Shown here: one piece after another, positions 9,450-19,076 of the stretch
Layout: the number at the start of each line of letters is the position of its first letter
Numbering within the stretch: position 1 is the first letter of the stretch
Origin: Nitrososphaeraceae archaeon
GTDB taxonomy: Archaea; Thermoproteota; Nitrososphaeria; Nitrososphaerales; Nitrososphaeraceae
Direction of reading: 5' to 3'
Assembly: GCA_044870765.1 (NCBI GenBank)
Contig: JBIOZG010000035.1
Coordinates: forward strand, 19,382 to 83,381
DNA: 64,000 nt
Translations under genes and position numbers: made by a program
Notes under the pieces: model-generated
What the model was told of the DNA's origin: nothing
The model's input: only the letters and a program-made list of their open reading frames with translations
Databases searched by the model: none

Positions 9450-10415
9450 TTATTCTAGATGTAATATCTGAAGTCTGGAATTCCTTGTATCAGTGATGTA
9501 AATATCGCCTTGATTATTGACAGCAATATCCTCTGGCTTGTGTAGTTGTTGAGGACCATTGCCATCAGATCCCCAATTGGATAAATAGTTGCCTATGTTG
9601 TCATACATTAGGACTCGAGATTTTATTTTATCAACGACATACACATGATTATTGTTATCAATCGCGATGCCCGGAACTGTTTCAGATAATTGGCCTGCTC
9701 CAATTCCCGAAGACCCCCATTGTCTTACAAATGAATCTTTATAATCAAAAACCTGAATTCTATAATTCTTCATATCAGTTACGTAAAAATTATCTTTAGC
9801 ATCGATTGCAATTCCATGGGGGCCATTAAATTTTCCAGGATCCGTTCCTGCTGATCCAATGGTTCCTATAAAAGTACCATTATCATAATACTTTAAAATC
9901 TGGTTACCATTTGGATCTGTCAAGTAGACATTCCCTACAGAATTTACCGCTATTTGATGCGGCGCTCTCATCGAGTCGCGACCACCTGTCCCGTTATATC
10001 CCCATTTTGTGATAAAGCTCCCACTAGTATCAAATTTTTGAACTCGATGATTTTTGAGCTCAACAGAATATACGAACTTCCCTTCAGGATCTACCGCAAG
10101 ATCATGCAAACCCGAAAATTGTCCGTCATTACTTCCTACAGAACCCCAACTCAAAATAAATGTACCATTTGGAGAAAATTTTTGAATTCGTTTATTGCCT
10201 GTGTCATCTACGTAAATGTTACCAAAATTGTCAACTGCTAGACTATGCGGATTAGTAAACTGTCCTTGTTCAATGCCCTTCGTTCCTAATTGTTTTGTAT
10301 ATTTGAGATCAGCTTCCTGAGAATAAACAATAGCACAGCAAAAAGAATTTTGATATACTAGAGCAAACAATCCAACAATGAGCAAATAAGTTACAAATTG
10401 TTTTACTCTAAACAT
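9450..10415 (-). CDS. Secreted NHL-repeat beta-propeller protein
   Basis: Signal peptide; repeated GQF..P.GIAVD..GNIYV.D..N.RIQ.F units. Confidence 0.92.
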   Translation of the reverse strand: MFRVKQFVTYLLIVGLFALVYQNSFCCAIVYSQEADLKYTKQLGTKGIEQGQFTNPHSLAVDNFGNIYVDDTGNKRIQKFSPNGTFILSWGSVGSNDGQFSGLHDLAVDPEGKFVYSVELKNHRVQKFDTSGSFITKWGYNGTGGRDSMRAPHQIAVNSVGNVYLTDPNGNQILKYYDNGTFIGTIGSAGTDPGKFNGPHGIAIDAKDNFYVTDMKNYRIQVFDYKDSFVRQWGSSGIGAGQLSETVPGIAIDNNNHVYVVDKIKSRVLMYDNIGNYLSNWGSDGNGPQQLHKPEDIAVNNQGDIYITDTRNSRLQILHLE

Positions 10416-10511
10416 TTAAACAAAGATTGTATTGTGTTACTTTAAAATAAATGTTGTATGTAGAGCAGAGATTTTCTTATTCATTCGAAATTTTTTAGTT
10501 TCTATTCGTAA

Positions 10512-10733
10512 TCATAGTTTAACAAATTGATTGGATGATGTATACAGTGGTAAATGACATTCTTCGCACTGATAGTACAGAAAATCAAAACCAGAGAATA
10601 AAGTCATAACATCATGGCATCTTGGACATTCTATTTCATTATCAAGATTATCTGTAATTGATATATCCTGTGTATTTTGTTCAAATAGATGATATTGCAT
10701 CAACGTTGAACTTGATTCGGCCATCGTGGTCAC
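10512..10733 (-). CDS. Small zinc-ribbon protein
   Basis: CPRC...CEEC; TATA-like tttataat upstream. Confidence 0.75.
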   Translation of the reverse strand: MTTMAESSSTLMQYHLFEQNTQDISITDNLDNEIECPRCHDVMTLFSGFDFLYYQCEECHLPLYTSSNQFVKL

Positions 10734-11001
10734 TACAATTTATATACGCAATATATTATAAAAGGGATACAAGTTTCTTAAATTATTTTCAATTAATTAG
10801 ATTTTCTATCTGGGAGACTTTTAGCTTTGAATATTAAGATCTCAATAAAAGTATCATAATTGATATTAAAATCTGCAATAAGTTAACTAATTGCGGGAGC
10901 CTGAACCCCCCACACTAGTGTGAATACGATTTTATTTAATTCATGCGGATCAAAATACTTAAATACTTGATCGACGTATATATAAATAATTAACCGTTAT
11001 A

Positions 11002-11907
11002 ATGTCAAAGCTAATTACGTGTTCGACGTGCAATATCAAAGAAAATAAGATGGTCACAGATACAGTATCTGGAGAACTAGTGTGTAGTAACTGCGGAACA
11101 GTAGTTCGGGATAGTATAGAAGAAATTGGTAAAGAGTGGACGAACTTCAAGGACCGCGAAAGTGACAAGAGTAGGACTGGATTGCCTTTTTCTCTTGCAG
11201 TTCATGATATGAATCTGTCAACAGTCATTGGCAAAACAAACAAAGATTCTACCGGCCAATACATTGATTCAGGTATGCAAGCTAGAATGAATAGACTAAG
11301 GATATGGGATGCAAGGACTATGTATCGCGATAGCTCTTCTCGTAATTTTACAACTGCCTTCTTATTATTGAACAGATTGAAGGATAAGTTGGGCCTTACA
11401 CCTTCCGTAGTTGAAAAAACTGCATATACATATAGAAAGGTCCAGGAAGCTGGATTGATAAGAGGTAGAACCATAAACGCTGTCCTTGTGGCATGTCTTT
11501 ATATAACATGTAGAGAACTGGGTGTGTCAAGAACAATTGATGAACTTGCAGAAACCAGTAATTTAAGAAGGAAGACTATTGCTAAAATTTACAGGGAAAT
11601 TGTATTTCACTTGCAGAGAAAAATACCGCAGGTAAATTGTTTCCAATGTATAGACAAGATAGCAAATAAAATTGAGTTGAGTGAAAGAACAACAAGACAT
11701 GCTAGAGACCTTATGAAAAAAGTTCTCGAGCAAGAATTTTCTGCTGGAAAGGATCCCATGGGATTTGCCGGAGCGGTATTATATGTATCACTTCAACTGG
11801 ATGGGAAAACAATAAGGCAGATTGACATTGCAGAAGCAGCAGGAGTTACAGAAGTGACAATTAGAAACCGGGCAAAGGATCTTAAAAGCCAGCTTCATTT
11901 GATATAA
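11002..11907 (+). CDS. tfb: Transcription initiation factor IIB paralog
   Basis: N-terminal Zn ribbon CSTC/CSNCG, two cyclin repeats, AGVTEVTIRNR. Confidence 0.95.
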   Translation: MSKLITCSTCNIKENKMVTDTVSGELVCSNCGTVVRDSIEEIGKEWTNFKDRESDKSRTGLPFSLAVHDMNLSTVIGKTNKDSTGQYIDSGMQARMNRLRIWDARTMYRDSSSRNFTTAFLLLNRLKDKLGLTPSVVEKTAYTYRKVQEAGLIRGRTINAVLVACLYITCRELGVSRTIDELAETSNLRRKTIAKIYREIVFHLQRKIPQVNCFQCIDKIANKIELSERTTRHARDLMKKVLEQEFSAGKDPMGFAGAVLYVSLQLDGKTIRQIDIAEAAGVTEVTIRNRAKDLKSQLHLI

Positions 11908-12065
11908 TTAATAATAAATTAATGGCCAGTCTTACTTCTTCAAGTACTTAAGATCCAGCAGACGTAGCAGTAGTTCGCATTCAATACTTTCGTAGTTTGA
12001 GTCGGATGGAAAGTATTCGTATACAAGTAATGAAAAACATTTAATTCATTATTTCCTATTAACTA

Positions 12066-12440
12066 TTGTTGGCAGTTAGAGAGGTAGATACCCTATTTTC
12101 ACTCTACGAGGTTTATGATCGAAACAGAGATTCTATTCTTTGGTTTTTAGAAGACTTTAGTGCAAAAAGCTACGAAGAATATAAACAAAAATATCAGGGT
12201 GCATCTAGGGAGAGATGCCATTTTACTCGTGTTTGTGGTTTTTTTGAACTGTCAGGTACTTTGGTAAAAAGACAAATGATTGATACTAATCTTTATTTTG
12301 ATGTCTTTAACCCAAGCCCTTTTTGGCAGAGGGCAAAATCAGTAATAGAAGGAATGAGAGAAACAAGACCATTTATTTATGAAAACTTTGAGCTTTTGGA
12401 TCAATTGAAAGTGAAATGGGCCAAGAAAAGAAGAAAATAA
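12066..12440 (+). CDS. Hypothetical protein (DUF4760-like)
   Basis: VCGFFELSGTLVK and YENFE motifs. Confidence 0.65.
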   Translation: MLAVREVDTLFSLYEVYDRNRDSILWFLEDFSAKSYEEYKQKYQGASRERCHFTRVCGFFELSGTLVKRQMIDTNLYFDVFNPSPFWQRAKSVIEGMRETRPFIYENFELLDQLKVKWAKKRRK

Positions 12441-12653
12441 AATACAACTTGGTAATTAAAATGCGCAATATTTTATGATATTTTTATTGTTAGTTATACT
12501 GATTGTAATAAAAAATTTTTCTTTAATATATACTGCTGCTTCTGCGCTTAGAGTTACTCCACCGACCCTCTTGCAAAAACTGACAGATTGAAATAATCGT
12601 TCTAGATATTGGTACTAAAAGTAAACAAATCTGATACATAATTTAATATAAAA

Positions 12654-14894
12654 TTATAATTCATTTGTCAACTTTAGTCCAAATGGTTCTGTGACAGAAT
12701 TACAGGTTTTTACCAATAACTCAGAATATCTTTTTGCATCATACACGGTCTTTGAATTTATCAATTCAACCGGGATGCTTCTTTTTCTCGAATTTTTCCG
12801 ATAATAATCGGTTAATACATATTTCAAAATCTGTCCTGATTTAAGCGATTTGCCTGCATGCTTTAATTGGAGTAATGCATCCAGTTCCACCGTATTCCTA
12901 TTTTTATACTCATCTACATCTTTAGATATCCTCTTTGTTAGAACCAAATCATTTATGGGAACCTTCTTATATCTTAAAAGTTCTAGATGCAATTGAAAAA
13001 ACTTTCTGACTTTTGGCATCAAATCTCTGACTTCTTTAATTGAATTAGCTTCTGACATTATGTTCAGGATTCCTTGTTGAACATTTGAAAAGAATTCGGC
13101 AGTGTCGTGTCTTCTTGCTTCAATTCCCCTCATTTTCACAGTTCCATCTTCAAAGACACCAAAGTAACGATTAGAAACTGGCAGAATAGTATTACTCTTT
13201 GAAGGAACAAATACAATCCACTTGTATATGCCTTCTAATGAAATTGGAAATCCTGTCTTGTTTTCTATTTCAGTTTTTAAACTTTTATAATCATTGTTTA
13301 CAACATTTTTCTTTTGTATCCATATGGAGTCTACTATGGCGTGAAGGATTTTAAATCCCTGTGATTCTGCTATCCTTACTGTTTGTAATATAATCTGTCT
13401 ATCAAAAGCGCATACTGCAATATGCGCATCTATTCTACCAAATTTGGCATTATTAAAACCTAGATAGCCAAAACTTGTAACTAAAACCCATTTGAGAGCA
13501 GTTTGTCTCGCATCATAAATCCTTTTTAATTCGGGATCTGTGGTTGAATTTCTCTTGTCTTTATAATGTGCTCTCTTTTTAAGTAATATTTCTAATGATA
13601 AAGGGACTATCCCTCTTCTTTTTTCACATATATGATAATTTAGTAATTCTGGAACACGTAACTTAGAATGAGAACAACAATTACAAATTACAGTCTCAGC
13701 AGATATATTTTTTTTAAACATTATAGTAGGATAAAGAGAAACAAAATCAAATTCAGCAACTTTTTCATGTGCGCCCATAATCGGTTCAAATATCAAACCA
13801 CCGCGATCGGCAATTAAAAGATCTCCAAGTGACTTTGGATGTTCTGCCAATGTGGGCTTCCATGGAATAAGTATATTGTTTCTCACGGCATTATAGAATT
13901 GTAGACTACTCATACACTTCCCAATAGAAGCTCTGGATGCTGAATGTAATGGCAATCTACAAATTCTGGCAAGTTCGTACAATCCTTGAAGACCAGACTC
14001 ATTTAGAACAAATGAATTATCTGTGTCAATATGTATTCTTCCAAGTAACTTTGTAGCTAATGGTTTAAAATACATCCTGCCATAAGAGAAATATGAGGTC
14101 CCATCTTTCTTAGGTTTGCATAAAGGTATACCCTCTCTATCTAGGACTAAATTTACCTGATTGATTTCCGATCTATGTGTCAGATAAGGAAATGTAAACG
14201 AATCTCCATATTCTGTGAGAATAAAGTCGGAATTAATTTTTTCTACTTCTTTAACAAGTTGATATAAAATATCTATTTCAGAACCCTGAATGTAAATAGT
14301 GTCTTTACTTGTGTCACCCTTTTGTATAGATACTAATGCAATTACATCTGTAAATCTATGTATCCTTCCTTCCTTTGTTTTTGGATATACTTTTAGGTGT
14401 ATGTTATTGAATAATGGTAACTCATATTCTGTAGACCACACATCATCTTCATTATCTATCCAATTGAGTGTTGAATTAGATACATGAACTTTACATTTCA
14501 TGAGGGGAAAAACATCATGTTCATAAAAATAGGATTGTTCTGGTAATATGTCTACATTATATAGTCGGCTTTGTCCAAATCTTCCCATTTTCTCAATTTT
14601 TTTTGCTAATTTTAACGCGTAGGTAGGATCTTTTAACTCCAGTTCAAGAACTTGGGATTTCTTCGTATCTGTTATCAATTCATATTTCGAGATAAAATGA
14701 TATTCTTTTACCATCGAAAGTATTTCATTATTCTCAATGACAGATTTTAATAAAGATTTTTCAGAAGCAACATAGATTTTATGATTCCAGCTTTTATCTT
14801 CCACTCTTATAGTTGTAGATGAATTATCTTTTTTTATCCAGAAAATCATGCTACCATTTAAAGCATATGCATCAAATAACCAACCAGATATCAT
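12654..14894 (-). CDS. polB2: Family B DNA polymerase, PolB2 group
   Basis: DFVSLYP (A), LKWVLVTSFGYLG (B), motif C altered to HAIVDS, CNCC...C insert, degenerate exonuclease region. Confidence 0.9.
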   Translation of the reverse strand: MISGWLFDAYALNGSMIFWIKKDNSSTTIRVEDKSWNHKIYVASEKSLLKSVIENNEILSMVKEYHFISKYELITDTKKSQVLELELKDPTYALKLAKKIEKMGRFGQSRLYNVDILPEQSYFYEHDVFPLMKCKVHVSNSTLNWIDNEDDVWSTEYELPLFNNIHLKVYPKTKEGRIHRFTDVIALVSIQKGDTSKDTIYIQGSEIDILYQLVKEVEKINSDFILTEYGDSFTFPYLTHRSEINQVNLVLDREGIPLCKPKKDGTSYFSYGRMYFKPLATKLLGRIHIDTDNSFVLNESGLQGLYELARICRLPLHSASRASIGKCMSSLQFYNAVRNNILIPWKPTLAEHPKSLGDLLIADRGGLIFEPIMGAHEKVAEFDFVSLYPTIMFKKNISAETVICNCCSHSKLRVPELLNYHICEKRRGIVPLSLEILLKKRAHYKDKRNSTTDPELKRIYDARQTALKWVLVTSFGYLGFNNAKFGRIDAHIAVCAFDRQIILQTVRIAESQGFKILHAIVDSIWIQKKNVVNNDYKSLKTEIENKTGFPISLEGIYKWIVFVPSKSNTILPVSNRYFGVFEDGTVKMRGIEARRHDTAEFFSNVQQGILNIMSEANSIKEVRDLMPKVRKFFQLHLELLRYKKVPINDLVLTKRISKDVDEYKNRNTVELDALLQLKHAGKSLKSGQILKYVLTDYYRKNSRKRSIPVELINSKTVYDAKRYSELLVKTCNSVTEPFGLKLTNEL

Positions 14895-15013
14895 TTTATT
14901 ATAATTAGTTTGGACACAAATTTATCACGAGTACTGCGACACAAAATTAGCTTGTCGTTGTAATTCTCTATTGTGGATTTTTTTATAAACTGATGAATAG
15001 TTAGACCCTGCAT
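14891..15013 (-). CDS. 40-aa leader ORF coupled to polB2 (MQGLTIHQFIKK...KLIIIK), possibly a relic
   Basis: Stop overlaps polB2 start (ATGA); TTATATA 25 nt upstream of its ATG. Confidence 0.5.
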   Translation of the reverse strand: MQGLTIHQFIKKSTIENYNDKLILCRSTRDKFVSKLIIIK

Positions 15014-15038
15014 AATCTCATTCTTACCTATTCTGAAC

Positions 15039-15074
15039 TATATAATAAGAAGAGATTCTATTAGGAGGGGAGGG
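15039..15074 (-). promoter_or_regulatory. Promoter CCCTCCCC-N14-CTTCTT-N1-TTATATA upstream of polB2 unit
   Basis: Same elements and similar spacing at 33499..33534. Confidence 0.55.
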
Positions 15075-15176
15075 CCAGAGCGGGACGAGATTATAAATAC
15101 GTGTTTAGAATATTACATAATTACATCGCCAAAAAGAGAACAAAATAAGAAACTAAAATAAAAGCGTCCCTCTTGT

Positions 15177-16103
15177 TTAGAATTCAATCTTTCCTATTTT
15201 ACCATTCCGATAATCTTCCAAAGTTTTATCTATCTCTTCCCTGGTGTTCATAACAAATGGTCCGTACTGTACTATCGGTTCATTGAAAGGCATTCCAGCA
15301 ACAAGCAATACATCCAAAGGATTTTTATTATCAGATCTGATGGAAATGTATTTGCCGTCATTTTTGAATACTATCAAGTTCTTTTCTTGGACCGCTGTCT
15401 TATCTCTACCAAAAAGACCATTGCCACTAATAACATACGCAAAGGCATTAAAATTTTTAGGAACTGGCTGAAAAACCTCTGAATCTGGTTTTAGAGTAAA
15501 ATGCAAATACAAAATAGGAGTTAAAGTGTTAATTACCGCTTTTGTATCATGATAATTTCCTGCGATAACTTTAACTGATACTTTACCATCTGGTGTTCTT
15601 ATTAGAGGGATTTTTGCGGAAGGAACATCCTGGTAATCCGGTTTGATCCACTTGTCAATTTTGCGAAGATTTATCCATAATTGGAATCCATGTAACCTTC
15701 CTCCATTTTTGGCAAACTCTTTTTCAGGCATTTCTGAATGAACCAATCCAGAACCTGCTGTCATCCATTGCACGTCACCAGGTCCTAGCTTTCCCGAATT
15801 TCTCTGTGAATCTTTGTGTTCAAATCTTCCTTCGAGAATATATGTAACAGTCACAAAACCTCGATGGGGATGTTCCGGAAAACCTTTAGTCTCATATGGT
15901 AACAGATCTAGAGGACCCATCTCATCTAAAAGTAAAAAAGGGTCTAAATTCCGGATGGATTGTGAAGGGAAGCACCTGTGTACTACAAAACCATCACCTT
16001 CTGGAGTTTCGTTACTCTTTGTCACCAGTTTAATCGAGCGACTCTCGGTGCTAGTATCATTAGAACTTTGAGTGATGTCGATTTCTTTTCCAGTTTTTCT
16101 CAT
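15177..16103 (-). CDS. Pirin family protein
   Basis: DPFLLLDE, HPHRGF, WMTAGSGLVHSE, GPFVMNT. Confidence 0.95.
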   Translation of the reverse strand: MRKTGKEIDITQSSNDTSTESRSIKLVTKSNETPEGDGFVVHRCFPSQSIRNLDPFLLLDEMGPLDLLPYETKGFPEHPHRGFVTVTYILEGRFEHKDSQRNSGKLGPGDVQWMTAGSGLVHSEMPEKEFAKNGGRLHGFQLWINLRKIDKWIKPDYQDVPSAKIPLIRTPDGKVSVKVIAGNYHDTKAVINTLTPILYLHFTLKPDSEVFQPVPKNFNAFAYVISGNGLFGRDKTAVQEKNLIVFKNDGKYISIRSDNKNPLDVLLVAGMPFNEPIVQYGPFVMNTREEIDKTLEDYRNGKIGKIEF

Positions 16104-16270
16104 ATGTAGTATTAAATAATATAATATTTAAAAATGGTAGTAAGCTCAACCTGATTCCTACTAATATTTACCATTTCTGATAAAATTTCAAATAATCTTG
16201 ACATGTATTTTTGTACTAAATTTTCCTAACCGATTATAATGATAGTCAATCAAGTACTTATTTTGCATTC

Positions 16271-16648
16271 TTATTCTAGTGTTAGCGATATGACTAAAGG
16301 TCTGGTACTCCTAATCTTGTTGAATAGTCTAATGAAAGTCGTTAGTAAACCATATTTTTTGTTAATCAGGGAATACGCTATTGTCGACTCAGCCGAACCG
16401 GAAAACTTTGCTTTTCCGTCATACCAATCACCCTCCACATTTCCGCCAATATTGCAAGGAGCAATCTTAACATGCGGATTATTCCTAATCCTTTTGACCT
16501 TGCCTGACTTGGCATCGGTCCTAAAATAGATCAACCCTTGATTAACCACAAACCAAACGGGAGTTCTTACTCCAGTACCATTCTTCCTATACGTTTCAAT
16601 GCTAATGTACTTGTGTTTTGATAATTGAAATAGCTTATCCTCAGACAT
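16271..16648 (-). CDS. PPOX-class F420-dependent oxidoreductase
   Basis: ETYRKNGTGVRTPVWF, SGKVKRIRNNP. Confidence 0.9.
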   Translation of the reverse strand: MSEDKLFQLSKHKYISIETYRKNGTGVRTPVWFVVNQGLIYFRTDAKSGKVKRIRNNPHVKIAPCNIGGNVEGDWYDGKAKFSGSAESTIAYSLINKKYGLLTTFIRLFNKIRSTRPLVISLTLE

Positions 16649-17132
16649 GTATATCACTAAATATAGAGTACTTATTAGTGAATCTTTTTATTAATCAACT
16701 TCAAATCATCGCACTGACCGGGTGTGCAGGAATGAAGAGTCACAGTACTAAAATACAATCTGCATATTGCCGCGAGGTAGGCATAAAGGTTAGGCATTAG
16801 TAATATTAATCATCTAAGCCTAAACTTAGTATTACTCTTTTGACTTTATATTTCTGAAATTAAAATACAATGCCAAATCATAAATAATCTTGATTACACC
16901 ACCTAGCACAAATGACCTCAGAATTCTTGCTGCAAGTAACAACTTTCCATCTCTTGAAAGCCAGTTGAGGAAAAAACTCATAGAATAGACTTATGGTGGT
17001 GACTGATCTGATACCAATACTAGTACAGGGATTAATCTCCTGCTAAAAATTATGAATGAAGATGCTCTATGTTTCAGCATAGTCGTCATTAATGGTACTT
17101 TAAATAGAATTGATAAATTCTATCTTTTAAGT

Positions 17133-17423
17133 TTAACCCATATGTTCCAGCGCTTTTTTTAGATCCTCTAATACCATTACAGGATGAAATTCAACCTTGG
17201 CTCCAAAATCCTGAAATAATGGTTCAGCTACTGATGGTATCATATCAGATCTTTCCAAATTGACTATAAAGGCAAAAGTTCTATCTCCTCCAGCTTCAAA
17301 AAAATATGAAGCCTCGGCGTTTACTTTCTTGATGTAATCTTCAAGATTTTGCATGAATTGTGGATTCTTTATCATTTTATTCCCAGCGTCGGTGGAAATT
17401 TGCGCTCTTACTAAAAATCTCAT
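17133..17423 (-). CDS. Small dimeric alpha/beta-barrel protein (DUF3303/GYD-like)
   Basis: EASYF...RT, AEPLF...AKVEFHPVM..EDL. Confidence 0.75.
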   Translation of the reverse strand: MRFLVRAQISTDAGNKMIKNPQFMQNLEDYIKKVNAEASYFFEAGGDRTFAFIVNLERSDMIPSVAEPLFQDFGAKVEFHPVMVLEDLKKALEHMG

Positions 17424-17838
17424 GGGTAATTATCATCACGGTACAATAAAAATTTCACTGCCTTATGCAGTCAGTTCTGGCTTATTAGCGAGCCTTATTA
17501 ACGAACTTCGTGAATAAAAATCAAGATAGATGAATTAACAGGCCATGGAATTAGAGTATATTATTACATCCATTCTCCATACAAGCTACAATTGTCTACA
17601 ACCATTATTGTGTTTGAAAACTCGAATTTTCATTATCTTCTCACTTATTCCTGTTCTAGGAACGCGAGCCATGAGAAATTTGAATCAAGTTGCAACTGAC
17701 ATCCTCATACGTGTTGGTCTATCTTAATGCAATCAGGAATATTGAATACGTAAACATATGCGCAATAAATAACGTCTCGTTCGACTCGTAGCTTTACATA
17801 TCGCAAATTCAATATAAGCAAATTTGTATAGACATTGT

Positions 17839-18825
17839 ATGCTTGATGATCTGGTCAAAGACAGGGTAGATAATAAGAATCCGCGTCAGGAAGGATTAAC
17901 GCTTACAGTGGACAAACTCGAATCCTTTGATAGAGAGAATTTTGAGATCCTATCAAGATTCATTGATCAAATCAAGATATACAACACTTATCCTTTGTTA
18001 ATAACTGATAATCTTCTTCAGAAGAGGATATCTTACTACCATCAGCTTGATATAGACGTATCCACCGGCAGTACGCTCACAGAGTACGCAATATCAGAAA
18101 ATTCCCTTGACAAGTTCATAACAGAATGTAGCAGAATCGGCTTTGACATAATTGAAATTGGTGAAAACAGTATTGATCTAGATATTGATAAAAAGAAAAG
18201 AATATCTGATTCCATACTTTCTGCAGACTTAAAACTTAACTGGAAGATTGGTAAAAAAGATCCTAGACATCAGATTGGTATTGATACCACACTTTTGAAG
18301 ATTGATGATGCAATAAAACTGGGTTCAAAAAAAGTTATCCTTGAGGCCAACGAGGGTATCAATGTTGGTATTTATGATCAAAACGGTTCTATAATTTGGA
18401 ATTACGTTGCAGCGCTTACTGCAAAATATCCACCCAATACTTTTATTTTTGAAGCGCCATTAGCATCGCAACAATCTGCATTGTTAGCAGAATTTGGTCA
18501 AAGAGTGAACCTTGCTGAAATTACAATTGAAAATGTTGCTTCAGTAGAATCTCAACGGCGTGGATTTCTCTCCAAATCATCTTTTGGTATGACTTTCTCA
18601 CAAAAGGAAATAGGTGGAAGTCCTGCATCGAAGTTTATCTATTATCTAATTAAAACAAAGCATCCAATAGAGCAAAGTGATTTAATTGGTATTACCCGTT
18701 TGCCCAGAAGGACAGTACAAAGTGCAATAGAAGACTTAAGGAATCAGGGTTTTATTATTGAACGAAATAGCTTGGATGACAGTAGAAGAAAGGTGTATTA
18801 TCCCGTCAAATCAGAATGGTTATGA
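17839..18825 (+). CDS. ComA (phosphosulfolactate synthase)-like domain fused to C-terminal winged HTH
   Basis: GSTLTE, IGKKD, FEAP..QQ, VNLAEI, ESQRRG; C-terminal SPASKFIY...LPRRTVQSAIEDL...DSRRKVY. Confidence 0.85.
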   Translation: MLDDLVKDRVDNKNPRQEGLTLTVDKLESFDRENFEILSRFIDQIKIYNTYPLLITDNLLQKRISYYHQLDIDVSTGSTLTEYAISENSLDKFITECSRIGFDIIEIGENSIDLDIDKKKRISDSILSADLKLNWKIGKKDPRHQIGIDTTLLKIDDAIKLGSKKVILEANEGINVGIYDQNGSIIWNYVAALTAKYPPNTFIFEAPLASQQSALLAEFGQRVNLAEITIENVASVESQRRGFLSKSSFGMTFSQKEIGGSPASKFIYYLIKTKHPIEQSDLIGITRLPRRTVQSAIEDLRNQGFIIERNSLDDSRRKVYYPVKSEWL

Positions 18826-19076
18826 ACATTCAAAAGTTTCTAAACAGATAATATTTATCTAGATACTTTTGAGAGTAACATGTTTTGCTTGTCTGCTTAA
18901 TACTAGCGATTTAATCGAAATTGAAATAACACCTAGGATAGGAAAATTTCAGTTTTGCAATATTTGCTTATGTCCTTCAAATCTGTCTATCTCATAAATT
19001 GTGCATTTTATGCATATTTTATTAAAATTATGCACATTTGCAAGTATTCAAATATGCTTTGATTTAGGTAGAAAAC

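Noticed and set aside
11983-12017. aatactttc/gaaagtatt inverted repeat
   Set aside because: Single short AT-rich dyad with no supporting context
14924-14939. atcacgagtactgcga, 15/16 identical to 31653..31668
   Set aside because: Such matches are expected by chance in 64 kb and the positions relative to genes differ
17545-17727. 60-aa ORF upstream of ComA-HTH
   Set aside because: No motif or family resemblance
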